Positions 50,619-59,291 of a DNA stretch of 64,000 nucleotides are shown in pieces. Under the pieces are notes generated by a model that was given only the letters and a program-made list of their open reading frames with translations, ran no database searches and was not told where the DNA came from. Every line of letters begins with the position of its first letter. The stretch's first letter is position 1. The stretch is from the NCBI GenBank assembly GCA_965203905.1, contig CBDBDQ010000005.1, positions 5,760,001 through 5,824,000 on the forward strand. The letters run 5' to 3'. The stretch is from Spirochaetia bacterium. GTDB lineage: Bacteria > Spirochaetota > Spirochaetia > SZUA-6 > Bin103. The translations under genes and the position numbers were made by a program.

Positions 50619-51404
50619 CTACTCCCAACGTAAGAAAAGACATATCAGTAGAATCGAAAGTGCGCCATAACCCGACAGCACCCACCACGTAATGCTCGCT
50701 ACTGCATTGATGGAGCCCCCTGTCCAAGCGGCGGTAAGCAACGTGCCCACGTGCGTCAACGGAAGCGCATTGCTGACGTATTGAAGAAACACCGGAGAGT
50801 CGTCAATCGGGATCGACAATCCCGATAGCAACAGATTCGGCATAAACAGCAATTGGCCGCAAGGTGCCACTGCACCGTGCGATCTTATCGTGGCAGCAAT
50901 CAGCATCCCCGCTGGTATCATGGAAGCCGCACCAAGCATCAAGCCCAATCCCAATGTAAGCAGACTAGACAAGCTGGTCGGGAAATAGATTCCGTACAAG
51001 ATTCCGTTGGTCACCAGCAGCAGCAGCACGAACACCAGAAAAAACAACAGATTGGCAAACAGAAAGGACAACACGAGATTTGCCCGTGACAACGGCGAAG
51101 CCCTATATAGCTTAAGCAAGCCGTACGACCGCTGCGCGGCAAAATTGGTAGGTATGGTAATGAATGCGCTGGCCGCCAGATTGATCCCAATAGCATCCCA
51201 AACAATGACATTTCTGTGATATACGCCGGCCACGTCAGTTGCATAATCGCCATACAGTACAGCCAATATTGGTACAATAGCGATCGAAAAGACAGCGCCG
51301 AATACCAGCCCCACCGGCTCTCTCATGAGTAGTAGCAACTGATATCCAGTGGACCGTAGAAGCTGCTCTGTCCGAGTACTGGCGTGGCTATCGTGGAGTT
51401 TCAT
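50619..51404 (-). CDS. ABC-2 exporter permease
   Basis: Six TM segments; RSYGLLKLYRASPL, LLSGLSIP and ALPLTH motifs. Confidence 0.85.
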   Translation of the reverse strand: MKLHDSHASTRTEQLLRSTGYQLLLLMREPVGLVFGAVFSIAIVPILAVLYGDYATDVAGVYHRNVIVWDAIGINLAASAFITIPTNFAAQRSYGLLKLYRASPLSRANLVLSFLFANLLFFLVFVLLLLVTNGILYGIYFPTSLSSLLTLGLGLMLGAASMIPAGMLIAATIRSHGAVAPCGQLLFMPNLLLSGLSIPIDDSPVFLQYVSNALPLTHVGTLLTAAWTGGSINAVASITWWVLSGYGALSILLICLFLRWE

Positions 51405-51412
51405 CGAGTGCC

Positions 51413-52345
51413 TCAGGGTGTCTCAGACGTGGCCATGCAAACATGGTAGATGTCCTCCAGATTGGATTTCCTGAAAAACCTGTGACTGATCTCGTCGTAA
51501 TTCAACATCCGGGCCAGACTTGACTCCGCAAGCGCCTTGGAGGTGATAAGTAGCACGCGACCCTGTACCTGCCCAAACCAGACGATACCGTCCGCACCGC
51601 CAATCTGCATCTCGAGGCTGCGCAGGAGCAGCTGTGGATTTGGAGCCGCTATCACGTATGTCATGAAGGCGCCAAATCGCTCGACGATATCGGCCACCTT
51701 GCCGCTGGCCCGCACCTCACCATCGACCAGGAACGCCACCCGGTCACAGTTGACTTCCATGTCCTCGAGCGCATGACTGGAACACACGATCGAGCGCCCG
51801 GCATCGCGGCGCCGTCGCACCGCTTCCCAGAATTGGGAACGCGCGCCTGGATCCATACCCGCAGTGGGTTCATCGAGCAACACGATCGGCGGATCCCCGA
51901 GAAAAGCTAGGGCGATCAGCACACGCCGCTTCTCGCCCCCCGACAGTGTCCGAAAGAACGAACGATAGTGACTCTCGTCGAGGCCGAACTCGGCGCACAG
52001 CGCGCGCGGATTCTCGTTCGCCACAAAGGCCCTGAGAAAGAACCAGAAGGTGTCCGAGACCCGCGTGAATGGAGGCAATTCGGTGGTCTGGAACTGTACC
52101 CCAAAGTGACGGGATGCCTGGGCGTGCTCGGTCCATGTATCATAATTCATGATCCTTGAATTTCCCAAAGTCGGCTTGGTTATGCCGATTGCACACTCCA
52201 TGAGCGTCGTCTTACCGGCGCCATTCGGACCGATGAGGCCGACCACCTCGCCAGGCTCTACGTACAAATCAATCTCATCAAGGGCAGTCTTGGTGCCATA
52301 CCTCTTGCTCATCTCACGAATCTCCATAACGGCGTTTCCGCTCAT
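51413..52345 (-). CDS. ABC exporter ATP-binding subunit
   Basis: GPNGAGKTT, LSGGE, LLDEPT and SSH motifs. Confidence 0.92.
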   Translation of the reverse strand: MSGNAVMEIREMSKRYGTKTALDEIDLYVEPGEVVGLIGPNGAGKTTLMECAIGITKPTLGNSRIMNYDTWTEHAQASRHFGVQFQTTELPPFTRVSDTFWFFLRAFVANENPRALCAEFGLDESHYRSFFRTLSGGEKRRVLIALAFLGDPPIVLLDEPTAGMDPGARSQFWEAVRRRRDAGRSIVCSSHALEDMEVNCDRVAFLVDGEVRASGKVADIVERFGAFMTYVIAAPNPQLLLRSLEMQIGGADGIVWFGQVQGRVLLITSKALAESSLARMLNYDEISHRFFRKSNLEDIYHVCMATSETP

Positions 52346-53733
52346 CCCATTCCACCACGCAGCACATGATCAAGGGATGTTTTCAGTCGCTTCGTGAGCT
52401 TCTCAAGATCTACCGACTGGCCTCTGCATATAACGTGAGTTATGCTCGAAATCTGTTCGATGTCGTTGCTCGGATCGCCGCTGAGCAATACGAGGTCGGC
52501 GTACGCACCTGGCTCGATTACACCAACGGGATGGTCGAGGAAGCGGGCCGGTACGGACGTCGCTGACTGCAGGCAATCCAATGCGGATATGCCACACATT
52601 CGGTGTAGTTCCTTGATCTCATCATGGAGACTGAAGCCAGGGGCCAATGAAGGGTTGGGAGAATCGGTGCCCGTGAGGATGCGGACACCGCGCTGATGCA
52701 GCAACGCGACGGTCTCGCATACTCTTCGGTAACCTTGGCGTACCACCAAGTCTGTCTTCTTGTCCAAGTCGACGACCGGCAAGTGAGCGGCCAGAATCTT
52801 TTTTCCGATTTGGTAGCCAATTCTGCTTCGCATCCGCAGCAGATACTTGTGGTACGGCATGGTGAGCGACGCCCACTTCAGACTTGGCGTGGCCAGCATA
52901 TCCTTGAAGAACGACCATCGTCTGGACACGAGCAACGTCGGGCACAGCATGGTACCGGTGGATTCCATGACTTCGCCCATACGGCGGGCAACGGCGGCGG
53001 GCACCACGTGAGCCCAGTTCAGCAAATGGCGGATGGCGGCGTTGGCGCCGTGAGGGACCACCGAATGTTGTTGTTGATGGTCGCGATCGACGAGGTTTAT
53101 CGCATGCTCGAGGGAATCCACTCCGTGCTCCGCGCCCGCGTGCGCGGACACCTCACCGGAGTGAAACGCCACCTTCAAGGAGGCCGCATGTGCTTGCTTT
53201 ACGAGGTGACCGAACACCGCGGGGGTGATCGACTGGTAGATCTTGACGAAATCGACCGCTTCCAACTTGAGTCTTCGGATTGCCATCTCGGCCGCCTCCG
53301 GAGTCGTCACCGAACGCGTAAAGCTCCACGTCGGGACGGCGCCATCAAGGAGCGGTCCGGACGCGTACAGACGTGGCCCAGCGCCGTCTTCGAGCCATCT
53401 CTTCAGATAGTGAATCGTGTCCAACGAGTTGCCAACATCGCGCAACGTGGTTACGCCATTCAACAGGCACAGCCGAACAAAGTCCTTTGCTGCAGAGTGC
53501 GGATTACCCGCCGGCAGACCTCCGCGATAGCCACTCGTGTGAACATGGGCGTCTACGAGTCCCGGCATCGCGAATCGTGCCTCGTAATCGAATTCAGGCC
53601 TGCTCCGGTCGCGGCGCTGTGCCCCACAGGTGACCCCAACGATACGCTCTCCGCGGATCTCTATGAGTGGATCCTGCACTACGCGGTGACCATCGAATAG
53701 GGCATCGGCTCGTATGCGAGTCGTCCTGCTCAC
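52342..53733 (-). CDS. Metal-dependent amidohydrolase (Xaa-Pro dipeptidase-like subgroup)
   Basis: PGLVDAHVH, GVTTLRDVG, FVKIY, AFH, SLEHA, GTDS and G.IEPGAYADLV motifs. GTG start overlaps the upstream stop and its own stop overlaps the ABC ATG. Confidence 0.88.
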   Translation of the reverse strand: MSRTTRIRADALFDGHRVVQDPLIEIRGERIVGVTCGAQRRDRSRPEFDYEARFAMPGLVDAHVHTSGYRGGLPAGNPHSAAKDFVRLCLLNGVTTLRDVGNSLDTIHYLKRWLEDGAGPRLYASGPLLDGAVPTWSFTRSVTTPEAAEMAIRRLKLEAVDFVKIYQSITPAVFGHLVKQAHAASLKVAFHSGEVSAHAGAEHGVDSLEHAINLVDRDHQQQHSVVPHGANAAIRHLLNWAHVVPAAVARRMGEVMESTGTMLCPTLLVSRRWSFFKDMLATPSLKWASLTMPYHKYLLRMRSRIGYQIGKKILAAHLPVVDLDKKTDLVVRQGYRRVCETVALLHQRGVRILTGTDSPNPSLAPGFSLHDEIKELHRMCGISALDCLQSATSVPARFLDHPVGVIEPGAYADLVLLSGDPSNDIEQISSITHVICRGQSVDLEKLTKRLKTSLDHVLRGGMG

Positions 53734-54386
53734 TTGCGTTGCTCCTGTTGTCCAGCCCGTGTACCGTACTGAACCAGCACCAGTGCGTTGAATGACAGGT
53801 GCATGATCACGGCGAGCAACACGCTCCCGAACAGAATGTTCGAAGCCGCCAACACCAAGCCGCCAAAGAGTTTCGACAAGGCACCTGCCAGACCGGAGTT
53901 CAGATGAGTCAGAGCGAATCCTACGGAAGTGATCACCGCCACCCACCCTAGCGACAGACCGGCAGCGTCCAAAAGCAATTGCCATATGACCCCGCGCCAG
54001 AACAACTCTTCGACGACGGCTCCGAAGAGCAACCCGAACGCCCATAATGTCGCGGTCGACCGAGTGCACCAGCCAGGTCGCGGCGAGCCGGTGCGACGGA
54101 CGCCAGAGCTGCCGCCGCGGGGCGTACCGCTGCCTCCCACGACCTCCCAAAAAAGACGGATTCCCTTTTCGGCGATGTACCACAGCAGGGCTGCGACCAC
54201 CGCAGTGGTACCGGCGACGGCGACCTGCCAGCTCGCCTCGGAGGAGAACCGAGGAAACGTAGGAATCGATCCCAGGCTGAGGATGATGCTCATGATCACC
54301 CCCAGTACCAGCCAGCCGAGGTGGTCAGCAATCACCCCGATCTCGTGTGCAGCACGCTCACTACGCTGCCCGGTGGCCGCGATCAT
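53730..54386 (-). CDS. CPBP (Abi/CAAX) intramembrane metalloprotease, SagE-like
   Basis: EELFWRG, FALTH and HLSFN: all three CPBP motifs. Confidence 0.88.
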   Translation of the reverse strand: MIAATGQRSERAAHEIGVIADHLGWLVLGVIMSIILSLGSIPTFPRFSSEASWQVAVAGTTAVVAALLWYIAEKGIRLFWEVVGGSGTPRGGSSGVRRTGSPRPGWCTRSTATLWAFGLLFGAVVEELFWRGVIWQLLLDAAGLSLGWVAVITSVGFALTHLNSGLAGALSKLFGGLVLAASNILFGSVLLAVIMHLSFNALVLVQYGTRAGQQEQRK

Positions 54387-55279
54387 TGTGTCGTGTCCGT
54401 ATCCGGACGCGCTCCGACGACGAACAGGATCATCGAGAACTCGTCATGTGGATCCAGTCCAAGAAACTCATCCACCCCATCATCGGAGAATCCGGAGATC
54501 GGGAGGGAGCGCAGTTTAAGCGCGGTTGCGACGTACCACATCGACTGCACCAGAACGCCTACGTCGATATGCGCCGTCCGGTATCCTCGCACTCCGTACT
54601 TCCAGTAGAATCTCTCCGGTACACAGGTGACCACACAGACATAGCTTGCATAGTGGAGATACTCCACACCAAATCCCAGTTCAACCATCCGGCTCCTCAT
54701 CTGGCCCCGTTGCAGCAATTCGAGCGAGTGATTCGGTGCCCTGTAGTGGTAGAGGCCTTGCGCCAGCCGATCTACGTTGTTGACCACCACGTACACCTCC
54801 CAGGGTTGTAGACCACCGCCGCTAGGCGTGAAGCGCACCGGGAACTCACCCGTGTTATAGGCCGGACCGTAACGGCGAATTCCACACGACCAGTGTAAGA
54901 AGGTGCTTAGCGCGTCGATGCCGATGGTGCGATCGACGTAGTCTCGGCGCGCGGCGCGTGCCCGAATCACTTGCTCCAAAGAGTATGACATACCAACGAA
55001 TTCAGTGGTCAGCGAAATCTGTGGAGCGTGATCGTAGACCTTGCAAACCTGTGGCGCTCTCTTGGTACTGGTAAACGTCTCGCCCGACAGGGTCGCGCCG
55101 ACGTTCCGCAGAGTCGAGTGGATCAGATCCAACTCGTTCAGGTCCTGGCGCGACGATACGCGCACGGCACGCTTGACGAGACCGATGATCTGCGCTCGCT
55201 CGGCGACAGGACGTTCTGACAGAAGCCTATGTAGTTCGCGCTCCAGAGAGCCTGTCTCATGCTGAGATTCACTTCCCAT
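54383..55279 (-). CDS. SagB/ThcOx family FMN-dependent azoline dehydrogenase
   Basis: AAGGAGG RBS; R.ARRDY, RFTPSGGGLQP, GLYHY and WKYGVRGYR (catalytic KY). Confidence 0.9.
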   Translation of the reverse strand: MGSESQHETGSLERELHRLLSERPVAERAQIIGLVKRAVRVSSRQDLNELDLIHSTLRNVGATLSGETFTSTKRAPQVCKVYDHAPQISLTTEFVGMSYSLEQVIRARAARRDYVDRTIGIDALSTFLHWSCGIRRYGPAYNTGEFPVRFTPSGGGLQPWEVYVVVNNVDRLAQGLYHYRAPNHSLELLQRGQMRSRMVELGFGVEYLHYASYVCVVTCVPERFYWKYGVRGYRTAHIDVGVLVQSMWYVATALKLRSLPISGFSDDGVDEFLGLDPHDEFSMILFVVGARPDTDTTQ

Positions 55280-55374
55280 GATTGCGCCTCCTTGCGAGCT
55301 CTCGGCGGTACTGAGTGCCTCCGCCGACGGACTTACCCACGACTCCCAGGCAAGACTTGCGGCGATACCGCACA

Positions 55375-56175
55375 CTAACCTGAGGCATCGCCGGGGTCGT
55401 TGCCGGAAAGTGCCGCGGTGGTCGCCAACAGCGTCGTTTCGACACCATCGAATCCCAGTAAGGACTCGACCGTGACATCGTAGAAATCCAGAGACGTGGC
55501 CACGGCCAGTCCCGCTGCTTGCAGCAGCTGCTCGACTCTGCTGATCTGCTTGCCCAGTTCGACCAGCATGCGCCGGTACCCTCGGGGTCCCTGCAGCGCC
55601 ATGTAGCGCCAAGGAAAGCCTACATACAGTATCAAGTGGCGCACCTCAAGAGCACCGTTCGGTTGATCAAGGTGAAGGTAATCGGACATCTTCTTGGCAT
55701 CGTCAGAGGACAGTCGTCGTTCCAACCACAAGCGCTGATTGCGCATCCGATAGAGCATGCCTGCTACGCAGAAATACAACTCCACTGCCAACAACGAACT
55801 GATTTCAGGTTCCGCTACGAGGCGCCCCATCGCCCCATCCAAATCGACTCTGGTGAACCCTATTCGTTCACTTTCGGGTTCGTCAAGGGCATCTTCCTGT
55901 GGCACGTAGCCCTCTCGATCCAGCCACGTACGAAGCTCATCGGCGCGCTCCGACGACAGCGGTACGTTAACCTGAGATGCCGCGGATATTCTTGAGTTGC
56001 AGTGAAACAACTCTGCTTCGTGGATCGACGTGGTGCCGTACCGATCGAGGAAGTCAGACCACGGTGTACGCGCTACCTTGCCGCTTATCCCGACGCGCAA
56101 ATCTGCCTCGGCAAGGGTTGCAAGAGGGCTCCATCGCTGAGTGTCACCGTGAGTATTCGCAAAGGTGTAGTTCAT
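55375..56175 (-). CDS. Degenerate SagB/nitroreductase-like protein
   Basis: AELFHCNSR, GPRGYRRMLVELG and DFYD..V..LLGFDG align by eye with the SagB C-terminus; PSGG and KY are absent. Confidence 0.65.
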   Translation of the reverse strand: MNYTFANTHGDTQRWSPLATLAEADLRVGISGKVARTPWSDFLDRYGTTSIHEAELFHCNSRISAASQVNVPLSSERADELRTWLDREGYVPQEDALDEPESERIGFTRVDLDGAMGRLVAEPEISSLLAVELYFCVAGMLYRMRNQRLWLERRLSSDDAKKMSDYLHLDQPNGALEVRHLILYVGFPWRYMALQGPRGYRRMLVELGKQISRVEQLLQAAGLAVATSLDFYDVTVESLLGFDGVETTLLATTAALSGNDPGDASG

Positions 56176-56184
56176 GAACCGATC

Positions 56185-57330
56185 CTAGAAAAACGTGCTT
56201 CTATAGGGCGCACGTGAGGCCGAACAGGCGGGACAGCGTGGCAGCGCCATCACGTTCGAGTAAACGAATTCCAAATCCTCAAAGGAGATTCGCAGATTGC
56301 GAGACTGTAGCGAGCTCCTGGAGGTGGTCAGTAGCCGCAACACTTCGCGGCTCACGATACCGGCAGCGACATCAGCGTGGCACGGAATCATGGTCGACAG
56401 CGTGCCAGGCACGGATCGTGCACAACTATCCGTCCCATTCACCCGGTCATTCTTGCTCTCGTTGTACAGCCACGACTGCCCACGCCACTGCATTCCAGCG
56501 TCCTCCTGAATCGCCAGCTCAAGGTAGCACGGGGTCTCTCCAGGTACGAAGACAGGACCCATTGAGAGTTCGCTGCCATCGACATAGACGAATAACCAAG
56601 TGCGCTCCAAGTCGATAGCTATCTCGTTCGTCGTGTGGAGAGAGTCCGGAGAAAAACTGTCCAATGCCACTACGCCCAGGTCCACGTCTTCGAACACCGA
56701 GCGGATTTGAGTGGCATCGTTCTCGTCACCGCTGATTGCGTAGTACTCACCACCAAAGCCGGTCTCAAGCACATGCTCTTGCAGCGCTCTGGCCGAATTG
56801 ATGGGAGTGCTGTCAGGGGGCACGGCGAAGCGCACGATACGGGCGTCGTCGGCCGATCCGAGGGTAACTCCACTCAACTGCAGGATACGCCCGATACCAA
56901 AGTCAGCGCAGCACCTGGCGAGACGCAGGCCGACCGCACCACCGCCAACGATGCCAATACTGACATTCCCGAGGGGAGGCGGAGCTGGCGTCCCAGTAGC
57001 TCGCAGATAAGTGTCGATGAGGCCCTGTGGAGCGCGACCGTTGACGACGATTCCACGGTCAGAGAGCCAGCTCAGCAACTCCGCCAGATCATCCTTGTCG
57101 ACACTGGAGAAAGTCCGTTCCAGGTCGCTCAATAGCCGTTCCTGGGACAAGTAGTCTATGACATCAGCCAGGACGCCATTGTGAGCGTCGTCTCGGATGA
57201 TTTCCGAAAACAGTGAGCGTCTCCCGTGTTTCGCGAAGATCTCGTTATCGTTACAGCGGATAAATTCATAGTGTGGGTTCCGCACCCAGGATATGTTCTG
57301 TTTCGTTTCGAGGTCTGCTGTCACAACCAT
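56185..57330 (-). CDS. TOMM leader-binding C protein (putative RRE + ThiF/E1-like; SagC-like)
   Basis: IGIVGGGAVG, GPVFVPGETPCY and LPRCPAC motifs; N-terminal wHTH-like L..L..L.DRGIV. Confidence 0.85.
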   Translation of the reverse strand: MVVTADLETKQNISWVRNPHYEFIRCNDNEIFAKHGRRSLFSEIIRDDAHNGVLADVIDYLSQERLLSDLERTFSSVDKDDLAELLSWLSDRGIVVNGRAPQGLIDTYLRATGTPAPPPLGNVSIGIVGGGAVGLRLARCCADFGIGRILQLSGVTLGSADDARIVRFAVPPDSTPINSARALQEHVLETGFGGEYYAISGDENDATQIRSVFEDVDLGVVALDSFSPDSLHTTNEIAIDLERTWLFVYVDGSELSMGPVFVPGETPCYLELAIQEDAGMQWRGQSWLYNESKNDRVNGTDSCARSVPGTLSTMIPCHADVAAGIVSREVLRLLTTSRSSLQSRNLRISFEDLEFVYSNVMALPRCPACSASRAPYRSTFF

Positions 57331-57388
57331 TCCCTATTGATTGAATCGAGCACATCATCCTCCCATCGGCGGACAACGGAGCGATAGC

Positions 57389-57421
57389 GTGGCGCCTCCA
57401 GCTCGACGCTGGAGACGCCAC
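57389..57421 (-). terminator. 14-bp stem-loop between the precursor genes and the modification operon
   Basis: GTGGCGTCTCCAGC-GTCGA-GCTGGAGGCGCCAC on the minus strand; the single non-Watson-Crick pair is G-U in that orientation; no U-tract. Confidence 0.65.
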
Positions 57422-57443
57422 TCAAACGACGTTGGACTGTTAT

Positions 57444-57593
57444 TCAGACCAACTCATCATCGCCAGTCTCGGGCGATGTCGCGATCGTAGTGCAATGACA
57501 GTGGCACCAACAGCTGCAACACCAGCCTGCGACCGCCGGGCTAGCCAGTATCGACCCGCGAGCTTCCGTGAATCGCGTGACTCGTAACTTCAC
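57444..57593 (-). CDS. RiPP precursor peptide 2 (49 aa): MKLRVTRFTEARGSILASPAVAGWCCSCWCHCHCTTIATSPETGDDELV
   Basis: Manual translation; GTG start with GAAGGAG RBS; paralog of precursor 1; directly upstream of the C protein. Confidence 0.9.
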   Translation of the reverse strand: MKLRVTRFTEARGSILASPAVAGWCCSCWCHCHCTTIATSPETGDDELV

Positions 57594-57651
57594 ATGTCAC
57601 TCCTTCAAAGCGTCGGTGCGCTCGAGTCAGGGTGTGATATTGGACTGCCAC

Positions 57652-57807
57652 TCAGACCAATTCATCGTCGCCGGTCTCGGGTGATGTCGCAATCGTAGTG
57701 CAGTGGCAATGGCACCAGCAGCAGCAGGAGCAGCAACATCCGGGAAGCCCCGGCGTGACAGGCGAGGCAAGTATGGCTTCGCCAAAGCGGATCGCTTTCA
57801 ATTTCAC
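57652..57807 (-). CDS. RiPP precursor peptide 1 (51 aa): MKLKAIRFGEAILASPVTPGLPGCCCSCCCWCHCHCTTIATSPETGDDELV
   Basis: Manual translation; GTG start with AAGGAGGTG RBS; SagA-like FxxxI leader motif and PG-CCC junction. Confidence 0.92.
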   Translation of the reverse strand: MKLKAIRFGEAILASPVTPGLPGCCCSCCCWCHCHCTTIATSPETGDDELV

Positions 57808-58183
57808 GGCAATTCACCTCCTTTTCTAGATTCCTCCCTTATTGCTTGTCTCAGCTTTCGTGAATGAGACGTCCACGCATAGGGCCGCCTCTCCGTCCCC
57901 GATCTCGGCAGAGTCCGGCTGACGGCGGCGCGCCACTACGGGACGGCGGACCCCGCTTCCGGTACCGGATGCCGGCGCACCACTCGTCGCCCATCCGGGG
58001 TCGGGCACGAGAAGCGGCTGCGAGCCCCACCTGGTGCGGACTTGCCGCACGGCCCCTCCAGCGAGCCCGATCAGGAGCCTGAGCAGGACAGTTGCAGCCG
58101 CTGCATGTAGTCGGGAGGCGGCCACCGGGAGCGGCGGCCGCAGCTGCCGGCTTCGGTACAGGGCGGATTGGCGATGGGCATAT

Positions 58184-58236
58184 TTGACTGCTCATTCCAA
58201 ATACTCTATATTTCATAGCACACTCGAAACACGAGT
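58184..58236 (+). promoter_or_regulatory. sigma70 promoter TTGACT-N17-TATATT followed by the ACTCG-N5-CGAGT palindrome
   Basis: Near-consensus hexamers at 58184-58189 and 58207-58212 in an AT-rich patch between divergent operons. Confidence 0.6.
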
Positions 58237-58373
58237 ACAAGGGGTTGGAGAGATTTTTTTTGGGAGCGTCTGGTGCCGTTTTCGGACTGCACCTGGGCGC
58301 TCGGGGCCTCGACGACGGCGGGTCATGACCGGCTGCGGCGGCCCCGTGTGGCACCGCTGGCAAACGCGCGTAT

Positions 58374-59291
58374 TTGCGCAGGAGAGGACAGATGAGTCAC
58401 CACGGTCGGTCCGTGACATGGAAGAGCATGAAAACGGCGCATGGGGCAGTGCACGGTGGCCGCCATTTTCGGACCAGAGATCACACCTTGCGGCTGACCT
58501 TGCTGCTGTGGGTTGCGGCGGCGCCGTTTGCGGGCGGAGCGCGCGACTTGCAGGACTACGCTCCCGATCCTGCGGCCGCGCAGGTGCTGGCCGACTACCA
58601 GCGAGCCCAAGATGAGGGCTTCCTGAACCAGGAAGCCAATCTAGATACGACTCGCGTCATGGCGGACACCGGGCGGTGGCGCGACCGGATCGAGGAGCTG
58701 CGTGGCGATCCCCCGGTCTACCACTACTTGCGCGCCCGAATCGAGTACGACCTCTTTCATCGACTGTCCGGCACCGGCCGCGCGCCGACAGACGCTCTGA
58801 ACCGCGCCCTGGAGCATATCCAGCGCTTCGCGGCGCAGAGGGTGCGGTTCGCCGACGGCTACGCGCTGCACGGCGCCATCCTGGGACAGAAGATCGCCGC
58901 CAACCCCGGCAGCGCGCTGCTCCACGCACGCGCTGCCAAACGCGCGACCATGACCGCGCTACGGATCAACCCCGACCATCAGGTGGCGCATCTCAACCTC
59001 GGATTCACCTTCGCCAACGCTCCCGAGGCCTTCGGCGGCGACCGCAAGGCGGCGGTCAGGCACTTCCGCAGGGCGTTCTCCGGCAGCGCAGCGGCGCCAC
59101 GGGCGATTGCGGGTGTGTGGCTGAGCATCATGTACCATCAGCTTGGCGATCCTCGGCAGGCGGCGGAGGTGATCGAAGAGGTGATGGAGTTTGCGCCCGG
59201 CTTTCCGCTTGCGGTGGCGACGGCGCACGCACTGGCCGACGGCACCGACCCGCTGGTGTACCTGGAACGGCTGCAGCATGCCGGAGAGTGA
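58374..59291 (+). CDS. Exported TPR-like helical-repeat protein (start uncertain)
   Basis: Hydrophobic signal-like segment; ALRINPDH..AHLNLG..APEAFGGD..A...F.RA TPR-like pattern. Confidence 0.65.
   Translation: MRRRGQMSHHGRSVTWKSMKTAHGAVHGGRHFRTRDHTLRLTLLLWVAAAPFAGGARDLQDYAPDPAAAQVLADYQRAQDEGFLNQEANLDTTRVMADTGRWRDRIEELRGDPPVYHYLRARIEYDLFHRLSGTGRAPTDALNRALEHIQRFAAQRVRFADGYALHGAILGQKIAANPGSALLHARAAKRATMTALRINPDHQVAHLNLGFTFANAPEAFGGDRKAAVRHFRRAFSGSAAAPRAIAGVWLSIMYHQLGDPRQAAEVIEEVMEFAPGFPLAVATAHALADGTDPLVYLERLQHAGE

Noticed and set aside
52342-54183. 613-aa amidohydrolase and 409-aa SagB with long N-terminal extensions
   Set aside because: The extensions overlap neighbouring genes; coupled or RBS-supported starts at 53733 and 55279 fit better.
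57450-57480. SPETG in the precursor tail as an LPXTG-like sortase signal
   Set aside because: No hydrophobic segment or basic tail follows, and no sortase is present in the window.
57444-57720. Two similar ~70-bp units as a CRISPR array
   Set aside because: Only two copies, with differences confined to third codon positions, and no cas genes: these are paralogous ORFs.
57700-57740. (GCA)n run as a microsatellite
   Set aside because: It is the reverse complement of the Cys (TGC) codons of precursor 1.
49120-57807. Thiopeptide or thioamitide assignment for the YcaO cluster
   Set aside because: No lantibiotic dehydratase, pyridine synthase or TfuA gene is visible; the PxPxP YcaO with C and B proteins indicates linear azol(in)e chemistry.
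57826-58125. 99-aa ORF upstream of the precursors as a third precursor or regulator
   Set aside because: No shared leader or core motif, no clear RBS and no recognisable domain; left uncalled.
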